A stretch of 62,246 bases of DNA from Anaerolineae bacterium (GTDB taxonomy: Bacteria > Chloroflexota > Anaerolineae > B4-G1 > SLSP01), in NCBI GenBank assembly GCA_026991395.1, contig JALXBP010000065.1, positions 1 through 62,246 on the forward strand, in the 5' to 3' direction. Shown here one piece after another: positions 17,396 to 25,614 of the stretch. How positions within the stretch are numbered: position 1 is the first letter of the stretch; each line of letters starts with the position of its first letter. The position numbers and the translations under genes are program-made. Below the pieces are notes generated by a model, which made no database searches, was not told the DNA's origin, and saw nothing but the letters and a program-made list of their open reading frames with translations.

Positions 17396-18835
17396 GTGGC
17401 CAACGCTCATTCGCTCGAAGCAAAAGGGGAAATGGATTTCATCTCCCGCCAACGACGCGAACACCTGCTTGCCCTGCAAAAGGGGACGGCTATCGGTACG
17501 GCGGCGATCCTGCTCATCCTCGGCATCGCATACCGCACCGCGCCTCAGGTGATGATCGAGTTGCTCTCGCCGCTCCTCCTGCTCATCGGCGGCTCGCTCG
17601 CCTCCCACTACCTGCTTCGAGAGCGCGGGAACTACCTCCTGGCCTCTCGCCTCTACATCCTCACCTCCCTCGTTACCATGGCCTTGATGATGCTCGTCGC
17701 CCGACTGCAGGAACCGGCGCTGCGCAACATCGCGCCCTTCAGCCTGGTGCTCATCGCGCCGGTTACCGCACTCTTCCTCTCATCGGAGGAGACCTACATC
17801 TACGTTGCCGCCGGGCTTTTGTGGGTGTTCCTCTTCGCCTTCAAGTGGGGAGGCAATATGTACGACTTCGCGGCAGCCCTCCTCACAATGGCCTCGACGG
17901 CCGTCGCGATCTTCTCGGCGGGCAACCTCTATCAGATGGCGGACTGGGCGATGCAAAGCTATCGCCGTTCCGAAGAAAGGGCCGATGAGCTGTGGCAGAG
18001 CTAGGAATCCCTGCGCAAGGCACTGGCCAAGCAGGACTGGCTCAACGAGCAACTCCGCATCAGCAACCTCTCGCTGGAGCAGGCACGCGAGGCCGCGGAG
18101 GAGGCCAACCGCCTCAAGACCCAGTTCGTCGCCAATATGAGCCACGAACTGCGCACGCCGCTGAACTCCATCATCAACTTCACACGCATCGTGATGGGCG
18201 GCTATGCGGGGCCGATCACGGAGGAGCAGATCACCTATCTCGACTATGTGCGCTACGCGGGCGAACACCTCCTCGGCCTGATCAACGACATCCTCGACCT
18301 GGCCAAGATCGAGGCCGGCAAACTGGAGGTTCACGTCGCTCCGCTCGACCTTCACCCTCTCCTTGACGGGGTGATGTCCACCACGGTGGGGCTGACGCGG
18401 GACAAAGCCCTCGAACTGAGAAAGCTCGTCCCGCACGACCTCCCCCTCGTCCTCGCCGACGAGAAGCGCGTGCGGCAAGTCCTCCTCAACCTGCTGAGCA
18501 ATGCCGCAAAGTTCACCGACGCGGGCAGCATCACCCTCCGCGCCGAAGTGGACGGCGATTTCGTCCGTCTCTCGGTAGCCGATACGGGCATCGGCATCGC
18601 ACCCGAACACTTTGACCGCGTCTTCGAGGAATTCCGACAGGTCGATGAGCGCGTCGCCCGTCGTATCGGGGGAACGGGGCTGGGCATGCCGATCAGCAAG
18701 AAACTCGTCGAGATGCAGGGCGGGGAGATGTGGTTCGAAAGTGAACTCGGTAGCGGCTCCACCTTCTACTTCACGCTGCCGATCTATCACGATGCGGATG
18801 GGGGCGTCCATAACGAAGGAGGCATAACATCGTGA
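17396..18835 (+). pseudogene. Membrane sensor histidine kinase interrupted by one in-frame TAG at 18002-18004 (pseudogene, readthrough or sequence error)
   Basis: Multi-TM N-terminal part ...ADELWQS, then TAG, then in the same frame ESLRKALAKQDWLNEQLRISNLSLEQAREAAEEANRLKTQFVANMSHELRTPL, followed by intact HATPase boxes (NLLSNAAKFT, DTGIGI, GGTGLGM). Start is GTG 17396 or ATG 17432. Confidence 0.8.
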
Positions 18836-19242
18836 GCACGCCGATAGAAGAAGCCGTTGTCGTTGTCGTCGAGGACGATCCACTCAACGCCATTCTCATC
18901 CGCAAGCTCCTGCAGATCGCCGGAGTAGGCCAATCACTCATCTGCGAATCCGGCGAGGAGCTGCGCGAGGCACTGACAGCACTTCCGCGTGTCGATCTCA
19001 TCCTCCTGGACCTGCGCATGCCGGACGAGGACGGCTACACCGTTTTGCGCACCCTGCGGGCGATGCCGGAGAGAGCGGAGACGAAGATCGTCGCAGCAAC
19101 GGCCAATGTGATGCCCGACGACATCCTCCACGCTGAAGAGGCCGGATTCGACGGTTTTATGGGCAAACCGTTCGACTTCGACCGCTTCCGCTCCCAGATC
19201 ATCCGCATTCTCCAGGGGGAGCGTGTGTGGGAGCCACGATAG
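18832..19242 (+). CDS. Single-domain response regulator
   Basis: VVVEDD, LLDLRMP, VAATAN, MGKPF; GTG overlaps the kinase stop. Confidence 0.88.
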   Translation: MSTPIEEAVVVVVEDDPLNAILIRKLLQIAGVGQSLICESGEELREALTALPRVDLILLDLRMPDEDGYTVLRTLRAMPERAETKIVAATANVMPDDILHAEEAGFDGFMGKPFDFDRFRSQIIRILQGERVWEPR

Positions 19243-19251
19243 GAGCGCACG

Positions 19252-19686
19252 ATGGGAAAACTCGAAGGTCCGATTCTCGTCCTGGATGATAACGAAGGCA
19301 ACCGTCTGCTCTTGGACGTAGCGCTGACGACGGCAGGATTTACCGTTCACGCGGCCCGCAGCGGCGAAGAAGCCTTGGCCCTGGCGCAAAAGGTTCCCTT
19401 CACAGCCGCGCTCATCGACGTCAACCTCCCCAAGGCCGACGGGATAGAGATCGCCCGTCGGCTCCGCCAGCTCAACGAGGCGCTCATCCTCATCATCGTG
19501 ACCGTGGACGATGACGACGAGACCATCGAACGCGCCCGGCAGGCTGGAGGCGACGTTTTCATGCCCAAACCCTTCGACCTCGACCGTCTGCTCGACTTTA
19601 TGCACTCCCTCGATCCGGAGCAGGTACGTCAACGAGACGATCTCATCATCGTCGAGAGCCTGCCCGGCCAACAATTTCGCCGTTGA
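19252..19686 (+). CDS. Single-domain response regulator
   Basis: LVLDDN, LIDVNLP, IIVTV, MPKPF. Confidence 0.88.
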   Translation: MGKLEGPILVLDDNEGNRLLLDVALTTAGFTVHAARSGEEALALAQKVPFTAALIDVNLPKADGIEIARRLRQLNEALILIIVTVDDDDETIERARQAGGDVFMPKPFDLDRLLDFMHSLDPEQVRQRDDLIIVESLPGQQFRR

Positions 19687-20499
19687 TCACGAGGAGAGGG
19701 ATAGCCCATCCTCACCGGAGACGAACATATACCCCACGCCCCGCACGTTGACGATGTAGGAAGGGCTTTCCGGATTCGGCTCCAGCTTGCTGCGCAGTCG
19801 GCGGATATGGACCCGAATGATGGAACGCGCGCCCCACGCATCCGCTTCGTAGCCCTGTGCACAGCGCACCAGTTCCTGAGGAGTACAGACCTCATCCACG
19901 CGCTGCATCAGACAGCGGAGCAGGTGGAATTCCGTCGGTGTGAGGTTGAGCGGCTTCCCCGCACGCATCGCCAAATGGCGCGCCCGGTCGATGATCACAT
20001 CGCGTACACGGATCACCCGGTCGGTGCTGGAGGGCTGGGCCGGCGGCGGAGGAGGGGTCTCGCCATCCACCAACTCCCGAACCGTCTGTTGCAACTGGTG
20101 CATCAGCGTCTGCCGATGACGCTCCTTTTCCAATTCCGAAAGGCCGCGCCGCACCGCCTCCAGGATCTGCTCGACAGGACAAGGCTTCAGCAGATAATCG
20201 TAAGCCCCCTTGCGCAGGGCGGAGATCGCCGTTTCCAGTGTGGCATAGCCGGTGATGAGGATAACTACCGTCGTCGGCGAATGCCGGTGGAGATTTTCCA
20301 GCACCTCGATGCCGTCGATGCCGGGAAGGCGCAGGTCGAGAATGGCCACATCGAAAGGCGGCCCCTTCATCGCCAGCGAGAGCGCCTCCTCTCCCGAGGC
20401 CGCCAGGGTAACCTCGAACCCCTCCAGGCGCAGCAGGTCCCCCAAGGTGATCCGTTCGGCTGCTTCGTCATCGACGACCAAAACTCGCGCCCCTTTCAT
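19687..20499 (-). CDS. OmpR/PhoB-family response regulator
   Basis: VLVVDD, ILDLRLP, LITG, LLKP; winged helix LNLTPTEFHLLRCL...IRVHIRRLRSKLE...IVNVRGVGY. Confidence 0.92.
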   Translation of the reverse strand: MKGARVLVVDDEAAERITLGDLLRLEGFEVTLAASGEEALSLAMKGPPFDVAILDLRLPGIDGIEVLENLHRHSPTTVVILITGYATLETAISALRKGAYDYLLKPCPVEQILEAVRRGLSELEKERHRQTLMHQLQQTVRELVDGETPPPPPAQPSSTDRVIRVRDVIIDRARHLAMRAGKPLNLTPTEFHLLRCLMQRVDEVCTPQELVRCAQGYEADAWGARSIIRVHIRRLRSKLEPNPESPSYIVNVRGVGYMFVSGEDGLSLSS

Positions 20500-22196
20500 A
20501 CACCCTCCTCCTTTTCCTCGCCCTCCGCGCTCTCCCCGCCCGTAGTCATTGCGGGCAGATGGACGATGAAGGTCGCCCCACCGTCCTCCGGACTTTCCAC
20601 CTCGATAACGCCACCATGCCGCTTGACGATGCCGTAGCTGATGGCCAGTCCCAGGCCGGTCCCCGTCGGCTTGGTGGTGAAGAACGGCTCGAAAAGCTGG
20701 CCGCGAATCTCCGCCGGAATTCCCGGCCCGCTGTCGCGGAAAGCGACGATGACCTCCCGGTGAAGATGGTGGTAGGCTGTCGCAACCCAGAGTGTGCCCC
20801 CGCGCTCCGCACCGCGCGTCCGCCCCACCTTCTCTTCTGTCCCGTCGATCGCTTCGATGGCATTAATGATAATGTTGAGGAAGACTTGTGTCAACTGATT
20901 CGTCGATCCCTTGACCGCCGGCAGGTTCTCTGCCAGGCGCACGATGACGTGGATATTCGCCTGTTGCAGCCGCTTGTTGGCAATGGCGAGAGCATTGGCG
21001 ACCGCTTCGTTGACATCGACACGCCCGGTCAGGCTGGAAGCGGGGCGGTAGAAGTCGAGCATGCGGCGGACAATGAGCACCAGCCGCTGGACCTCTTGCT
21101 CCACCAGTTGCAGGTAGCGGTCGCGTCCCCCGGCATCCATATTCGGATGCCGGGCCAGATGCAGGCTGTTCTGGACAGCCTGCAGCGGGTTATTCAACTC
21201 GTGTGCGATCGAGGCCGCCAGACGCCCGACGGCGGCCATCTTCTCCGCCTGGACGAGCTGGCTCTGCGAACGCTCCAGCTCGTCGGCAAAGGCTTCCAGC
21301 TCACCGTAAAGCCGGGCATTCTCCACCGCCACCGAAAGCGTCGAAGCCATATGCTGCAACAGAGGGATGTGCTCGCGCCCCAACTCACCCGCCTCGCCGA
21401 CGACGACCAACAGGCCGATGGTCTGGTCGTGCATGACCAGCGGCACGTACAGCCTGTCGATGGCGGGCAGACGGAGAATCGCTCCCCAGAAAGGGTCCGT
21501 CACCGCCGTGAGGAAGAGCGGTCGCCGTCCCTCGATGACCTCCGCGATCGTCTGCTCGTCCAGGGGAAGCTGCCGTCCCTCCAGCCAGGTCTCGACAGGC
21601 GAGCGCGCCGTGCGGATGCTCCACGTGCTGCTCTCCTCATCGTTCAGGACGATGGCCGTCGCCCGGGCATGGACGAGCCGTTCGAGGCCACGAAGCGCCA
21701 AGGTCAGCACCTCGTCCAGATCGAGCGTGGAGGAGATCATCCGATTGATCTCGTTCAGCGCCGCCAGCTCCTGATTGCGCCGTCGGAGCATCTGTTCCGA
21801 CTTGCGGATGCGCAGCACGACATTGAGCCGTGCCACCAACTCCTGAGGATCGAAAGGCTTCGTAACGTAGTCATCCGCCCCCATACGCAGCCCGCGGGCC
21901 TTCTGGCGGGCCTCGCCCACCCCGGTTACGAGGATCACCGGTATCTGGCTCAGCTTCTCGTCGGCCTTGAGCTGTTCGAGGACGCGGAAGCCGTCCATAT
22001 CGGGCATCACGACGTCCAGCAGCACCGCATCCACGTCCCGTCCCTCGGCAATCTCCCGCCGAATGACCTCCAGCCCCTCATTGCCGCTGTGCGTGACCAG
22101 CGTCTCGCAGGGGATGAAGGAGAGCACCTCCCGCACCAGATCGATCATCTCCAGATCGTCGTCGATGATCAGCACCCGCGCACGATTATCGTTCAT
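20496..22196 (-). CDS. REC-GAF-histidine kinase
   Basis: [13 protein letters not shown]...LLDVVMP...VTKPF; GAF; [10 protein letters not shown]; [30 protein letters not shown]; start trimmed to ATG 22196. Confidence 0.9.
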   Translation of the reverse strand: MNDNRARVLIIDDDLEMIDLVREVLSFIPCETLVTHSGNEGLEVIRREIAEGRDVDAVLLDVVMPDMDGFRVLEQLKADEKLSQIPVILVTGVGEARQKARGLRMGADDYVTKPFDPQELVARLNVVLRIRKSEQMLRRRNQELAALNEINRMISSTLDLDEVLTLALRGLERLVHARATAIVLNDEESSTWSIRTARSPVETWLEGRQLPLDEQTIAEVIEGRRPLFLTAVTDPFWGAILRLPAIDRLYVPLVMHDQTIGLLVVVGEAGELGREHIPLLQHMASTLSVAVENARLYGELEAFADELERSQSQLVQAEKMAAVGRLAASIAHELNNPLQAVQNSLHLARHPNMDAGGRDRYLQLVEQEVQRLVLIVRRMLDFYRPASSLTGRVDVNEAVANALAIANKRLQQANIHVIVRLAENLPAVKGSTNQLTQVFLNIIINAIEAIDGTEEKVGRTRGAERGGTLWVATAYHHLHREVIVAFRDSGPGIPAEIRGQLFEPFFTTKPTGTGLGLAISYGIVKRHGGVIEVESPEDGGATFIVHLPAMTTGGESAEGEEKEEGV

Positions 22197-22740
22197 CGCA
22201 CCTCCGCGCCTCTTGCAGCACCTCATCCACCACAGCCTGCAGGCGTTCGAAGTTGCCCTCCCGCATCTCCAGGACGCCGATGTGCGGCGGCTCGGTGATC
22301 CCCCCGAAGACCCGCCGCCATTTGGCGTGCGTGCCGGTGAGAGGCACGTAGAAAGTCGTGGAGGCGGGGAAAGGATGCTGGGTGTGTACCTGAACGGGGT
22401 GGTCGTAATGCAATTCGAGCAATCGGCCCTCCGCCCGCAGCCGATCCAAAGAGGCTTGCGAAAGACCCGCGCTTCCCTCGTAGGCCCCCCAGTGCGCCAC
22501 GCCCTGATTGAAAGCCTCCACAATGCGCGCGAAGGTCGCATCCTCCGCCTCGATGCAGTAGCGCACACCCTTGTCGTAGATAACGATCATCGTCGGCACT
22601 TCATCGAAGGAGCGTTCGAACCAGAGCAAGTCCTCGTTGGTCAGAGAGCCGACCAGCCACACCGTGACCACGACGCTCACGACCATGACCCAAAATGCCG
22701 CCCAGGGGCTGGCACGCCGCACTTTGCCGTCCATTGTCAT
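22186..22740 (-). CDS. Hypothetical membrane-anchored protein
   Basis: Single N-terminal TM helix; SD AGAAAGG; overlaps the start of the downstream kinase; TTGCCA-N16-TACCAT promoter-like element upstream. Confidence 0.7.
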   Translation of the reverse strand: MTMDGKVRRASPWAAFWVMVVSVVVTVWLVGSLTNEDLLWFERSFDEVPTMIVIYDKGVRYCIEAEDATFARIVEAFNQGVAHWGAYEGSAGLSQASLDRLRAEGRLLELHYDHPVQVHTQHPFPASTTFYVPLTGTHAKWRRVFGGITEPPHIGVLEMREGNFERLQAVVDEVLQEARRCDER

Positions 22741-22896
22741 CCTTTCTGCTCGATGCGCTTTGCTTCACGACAATGGTACAACACGACCGGAGAGTGGCAA
22801 CCCCAGGCCCCCGGCTCGGGGGAGGGCAGAACCCCACCGGCGACAAGCGAGACGGGCCAACGAAGAGGAGGGGGAGAGGGACAAGCCCAGAAGACA

Positions 22897-23067
22897 AGGC
22901 CCCACCGTGCCGTGTGCCGATGGTTTCGACCCTGCTTTCGCAGGTGGGGTCGTGCCTGTAACTCAGCCTTGCCCGAAGGCTACCGCATCGTTACACGGAC
23001 TGCGGACCCCATTTGACTGGGTGTTGGCTCGAAACCCGATACCGGCATCACGCACACAGTAGGGCGT
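22897..23067 (-). ncRNA. ssrS: 6S RNA (ssrS)-like
   Basis: ~170 nt; 5' and 3' ends pair as a long irregular closing stem ending in TTTCGA/TCGAAA; asymmetric central bubble (5' GCCAACACCCAGTCAAAT; 3' side forming CCTGC-GAAA-GCAGG); inner stems GGGGTC/GACCCC, TGTAAC/GTTACA, AGCCTT/AAGGCT; own promoter. Ends approximate. Confidence 0.8.
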
Positions 23068-23073
23068 GCCGAT

Positions 23074-23101
23074 ATCCTACCACGAAACAGGCGAATCGCA
23101 A
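23074..23101 (-). promoter_or_regulatory. Promoter for the 6S-like RNA
   Basis: TTGCGA-N16-TAGGAT with extended -10 TGn, positioned about 7 nt before the predicted 5' end. Confidence 0.55.
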
Positions 23102-23216
23102 CCTTTTCCGCCTCGAGAAATCCCCCCATCACTTGGCGGAACGCCAAATCGGACTATACTGCCCCCGCCCTAACCGGAAACCAACCCAACATATGCTGCA
23201 TGCAAGGAGGCACGAC

Positions 23217-23645
23217 ATGGCATCGGTCGAAAAGAGCATCATCATCAACAAACCGGCGGAAGAGGTCTGGGCTTTCCTCAGCGACACCTCGCATTGGGAA
23301 AGCTGGTTCAGCGGCCTGGGCGGCATCCGGGTAACCTCCGGGGACGGCGGCGTTGGCACCACCGTCGAGGCCAACATCAGCCTCGCTAACATCCCGCTGC
23401 CCACCAAGCTCCAGGTCGTCGAAGCCGTCCCTGGCAGCCACTGGAAGGCAGCGTTCAGCAGCCCCGGAGCGCAGGGCACGATGTCCTGGCTCTACCGGCC
23501 GATGGGCGAGCGCACCGAGATCACCTTCAAGATCGACGCCGACTTGAAGGGCGCGGCCAAGTTGGCCGGCGGGATGATTACCAAGAACTTCGACGACATC
23601 GCCGAAAAAACCCTCCAGAAGATCAAGGCCCACCTGGAGAACTGA
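23217..23645 (+). CDS. SRPBCC/polyketide-cyclase-like family protein
   Basis: MASVEKSIIINKPAEEVWAFLSD...W; SD AAGGAGG before ATG 23217. Confidence 0.85.
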   Translation: MASVEKSIIINKPAEEVWAFLSDTSHWESWFSGLGGIRVTSGDGGVGTTVEANISLANIPLPTKLQVVEAVPGSHWKAAFSSPGAQGTMSWLYRPMGERTEITFKIDADLKGAAKLAGGMITKNFDDIAEKTLQKIKAHLEN

Positions 23646-25594
23646 TGCCCGCCGTCAGGGGGCAGGTGCCCGACGGCGATCGGGCACGACGGCACGGGCC
23701 GAAAGGCCGCCCGCGCATCCCGTGGGCGGCGGCGGGCCTTCTCGGCCTCGTCGCCTTCCTCTACGCCTACGCCCTCGAACTCCCCTTCTTCTGGGACGAT
23801 GCCCCTATCCTGACCTGGATTATGACGCACGGATGGCGGGCGATCCTGTTTTCCACGGAGAACGGCTACTACCGCCCGCTCCCCTTCGCGATCTACAAGA
23901 CGGGATGGCTCGTTCCGCCGCCCTCCCTCCGTGCCGCAGCGCTCCACCTGGTCGCCCCCCTCCTCCTCTGGCTCTCCGCCCTCCTGCTGCGGCGGATCGC
24001 AGGCGGTCGGCAGGGAACACTCGCCGCGATCTTCCTCGTAACCTACCCCCTCCTCAACGAGGCGGTGGTCTGGGTTACCGCGCTTCCCCATCCGCTGGTC
24101 ATCTTCCTGACGCTGCTCGCGCTCGATACCTTCCTGCGCCGGGAGCAAGGGGGCAAAAGTGGCAGGCTCGGCCTGCTGGCACTGGGCCTGGCCCCGCTCG
24201 CCCACGAGTCGGGAGCCGTCAGCGTCTTCATCGTCGCGGGCTTCGTGCTCATCCGCAACCGCGGCAGCACGGCGACGCGGCGCTGGCTCCTCCTCGCCCT
24301 CCTGTTCGACCTGCTCATCGTCCTGGGGCGCGGCCTGATCAACGGCGCGCAAACGGCAACCGCCCTGCACGGCCTTTCCCAGCTCGAGGAGAACGGCTTC
24401 TACTTCCTCCAGGTGCTCCTCTATCCGCTGGGGCCGCTGCTCGGCCACGGCGTGCAGCAGTGGGGATGGCACGACTTCACCGCGCTCGGCATCGCCGCCC
24501 TCCTCGTCGGGCTGTGGGCCGTGGCCGTCCGCCGCGGCAAGGAGCGGGCGCTCCTCGCCGCCCTCTGGTGGTGGGGCGTGGCGGCGACGCCCTTCATCCT
24601 CGCGCTGGACTACCGGGCGCTCTTCGTCGGCGCTCGGCTCTCCGCCTTCGCCGCCGTGGGTGCCGCCCTCTTCTGGGCCGCGCTGATCGAGGCGACGGCA
24701 ACCGCGCTGCCGCGGCAGGCCGCCACCACGCTTCGCGTCGGGCTGACGGCGCTCATCCTCCTGCCCGCCATCGCCTACCACGTCCACGTCGCCAGGCTCT
24801 ACCGCCTGCTGGACAGGCTCTACGACGAGGTCATCGCGATCGAGCGGGCCGCCCCCAACCGCCCGGCGACCTTCGTCAACCTCCCCGCCGCACTCACGTG
24901 GACGCAGCGCACCTTCCCGCTGGTCACGGATAACGCCGTCTTCGTCCCCCCCGACTACACCGACCTGCGGCTCTTCCTCCTCGTCAACGTCGGCCTGCGC
25001 GACGTGGATACGCTCACCTGCCCCGACCTCTGCCGCGAGACGGAGCCTTTCTGGCTCACGCAGGGGGCGCAGATCGACCGTATGGCGATGCGCGAACGGC
25101 TCTTCGGACGCGAAACCTTCCTCGGCTACTACGAGGAACGCGACGGGCACTTCCACGTGCGCCCCGTGGGGAGCGTCGCCGCCGGGCACTGCGGATCGGA
25201 AGGGCCGCGCGGCACGGTGCGCTTCGCCGACGGTACGCGGCTGGTGGACTATCGCCTGCAGCCGCTCGCGGAAGGCGCGTACCGGCTCCGGCTCTGCTGG
25301 GAAACCGACGGCCCAAGCAAAGCGACCGTCTTCGTCCACGTGATGACGCCCGACGGCGCAACGATGCTCGCCCAAGCCGACGGCGACCCGCTCGGCGGCT
25401 TGCTGCCGCTGCAGAGCCTGCGGCGCGGCGACCGCATCATCGATCTGCGCACCGTCCGCCTGCCCGACACCTACCACGGCGACTTCATCGTCCGCATCGG
25501 CCTCTACACGGGCGACCGACGCCTCCGCGCCACCCTCGGCGACGAGCGCCCGCCGGACGATGCCCCCATCCTGCTGGAGGGGACGGTCAACTGA
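23645..25594 (+). CDS. Multi-TM GT-C-like membrane protein with C-terminal Ig-like extracytoplasmic domain
   Basis: LPFFWDD acidic loop, GYYRPL, AHESG, about 11 hydrophobic segments; C-terminal VFVHV...LAQADGDP...GDRIID...VRIGLY. Confidence 0.65.
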   Translation: MPAVRGQVPDGDRARRHGPKGRPRIPWAAAGLLGLVAFLYAYALELPFFWDDAPILTWIMTHGWRAILFSTENGYYRPLPFAIYKTGWLVPPPSLRAAALHLVAPLLLWLSALLLRRIAGGRQGTLAAIFLVTYPLLNEAVVWVTALPHPLVIFLTLLALDTFLRREQGGKSGRLGLLALGLAPLAHESGAVSVFIVAGFVLIRNRGSTATRRWLLLALLFDLLIVLGRGLINGAQTATALHGLSQLEENGFYFLQVLLYPLGPLLGHGVQQWGWHDFTALGIAALLVGLWAVAVRRGKERALLAALWWWGVAATPFILALDYRALFVGARLSAFAAVGAALFWAALIEATATALPRQAATTLRVGLTALILLPAIAYHVHVARLYRLLDRLYDEVIAIERAAPNRPATFVNLPAALTWTQRTFPLVTDNAVFVPPDYTDLRLFLLVNVGLRDVDTLTCPDLCRETEPFWLTQGAQIDRMAMRERLFGRETFLGYYEERDGHFHVRPVGSVAAGHCGSEGPRGTVRFADGTRLVDYRLQPLAEGAYRLRLCWETDGPSKATVFVHVMTPDGATMLAQADGDPLGGLLPLQSLRRGDRIIDLRTVRLPDTYHGDFIVRIGLYTGDRRLRATLGDERPPDDAPILLEGTVN

Positions 25595-25614
25595 GTTTCG
25601 AGGTTCGCCGACGG

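Noticed and set aside
18002-18004. Genome-wide TAG reassignment
   Set aside because: Many conserved genes in the window end at TAG at their expected C-termini, so only local or conditional readthrough remains possible.
22946-22962. ZTP-riboswitch-like GGGTCGTG on the + strand
   Set aside because: Lacks GACTGGCG and the downstream pseudoknot partner; better explained as the antisense of the 6S-like RNA.
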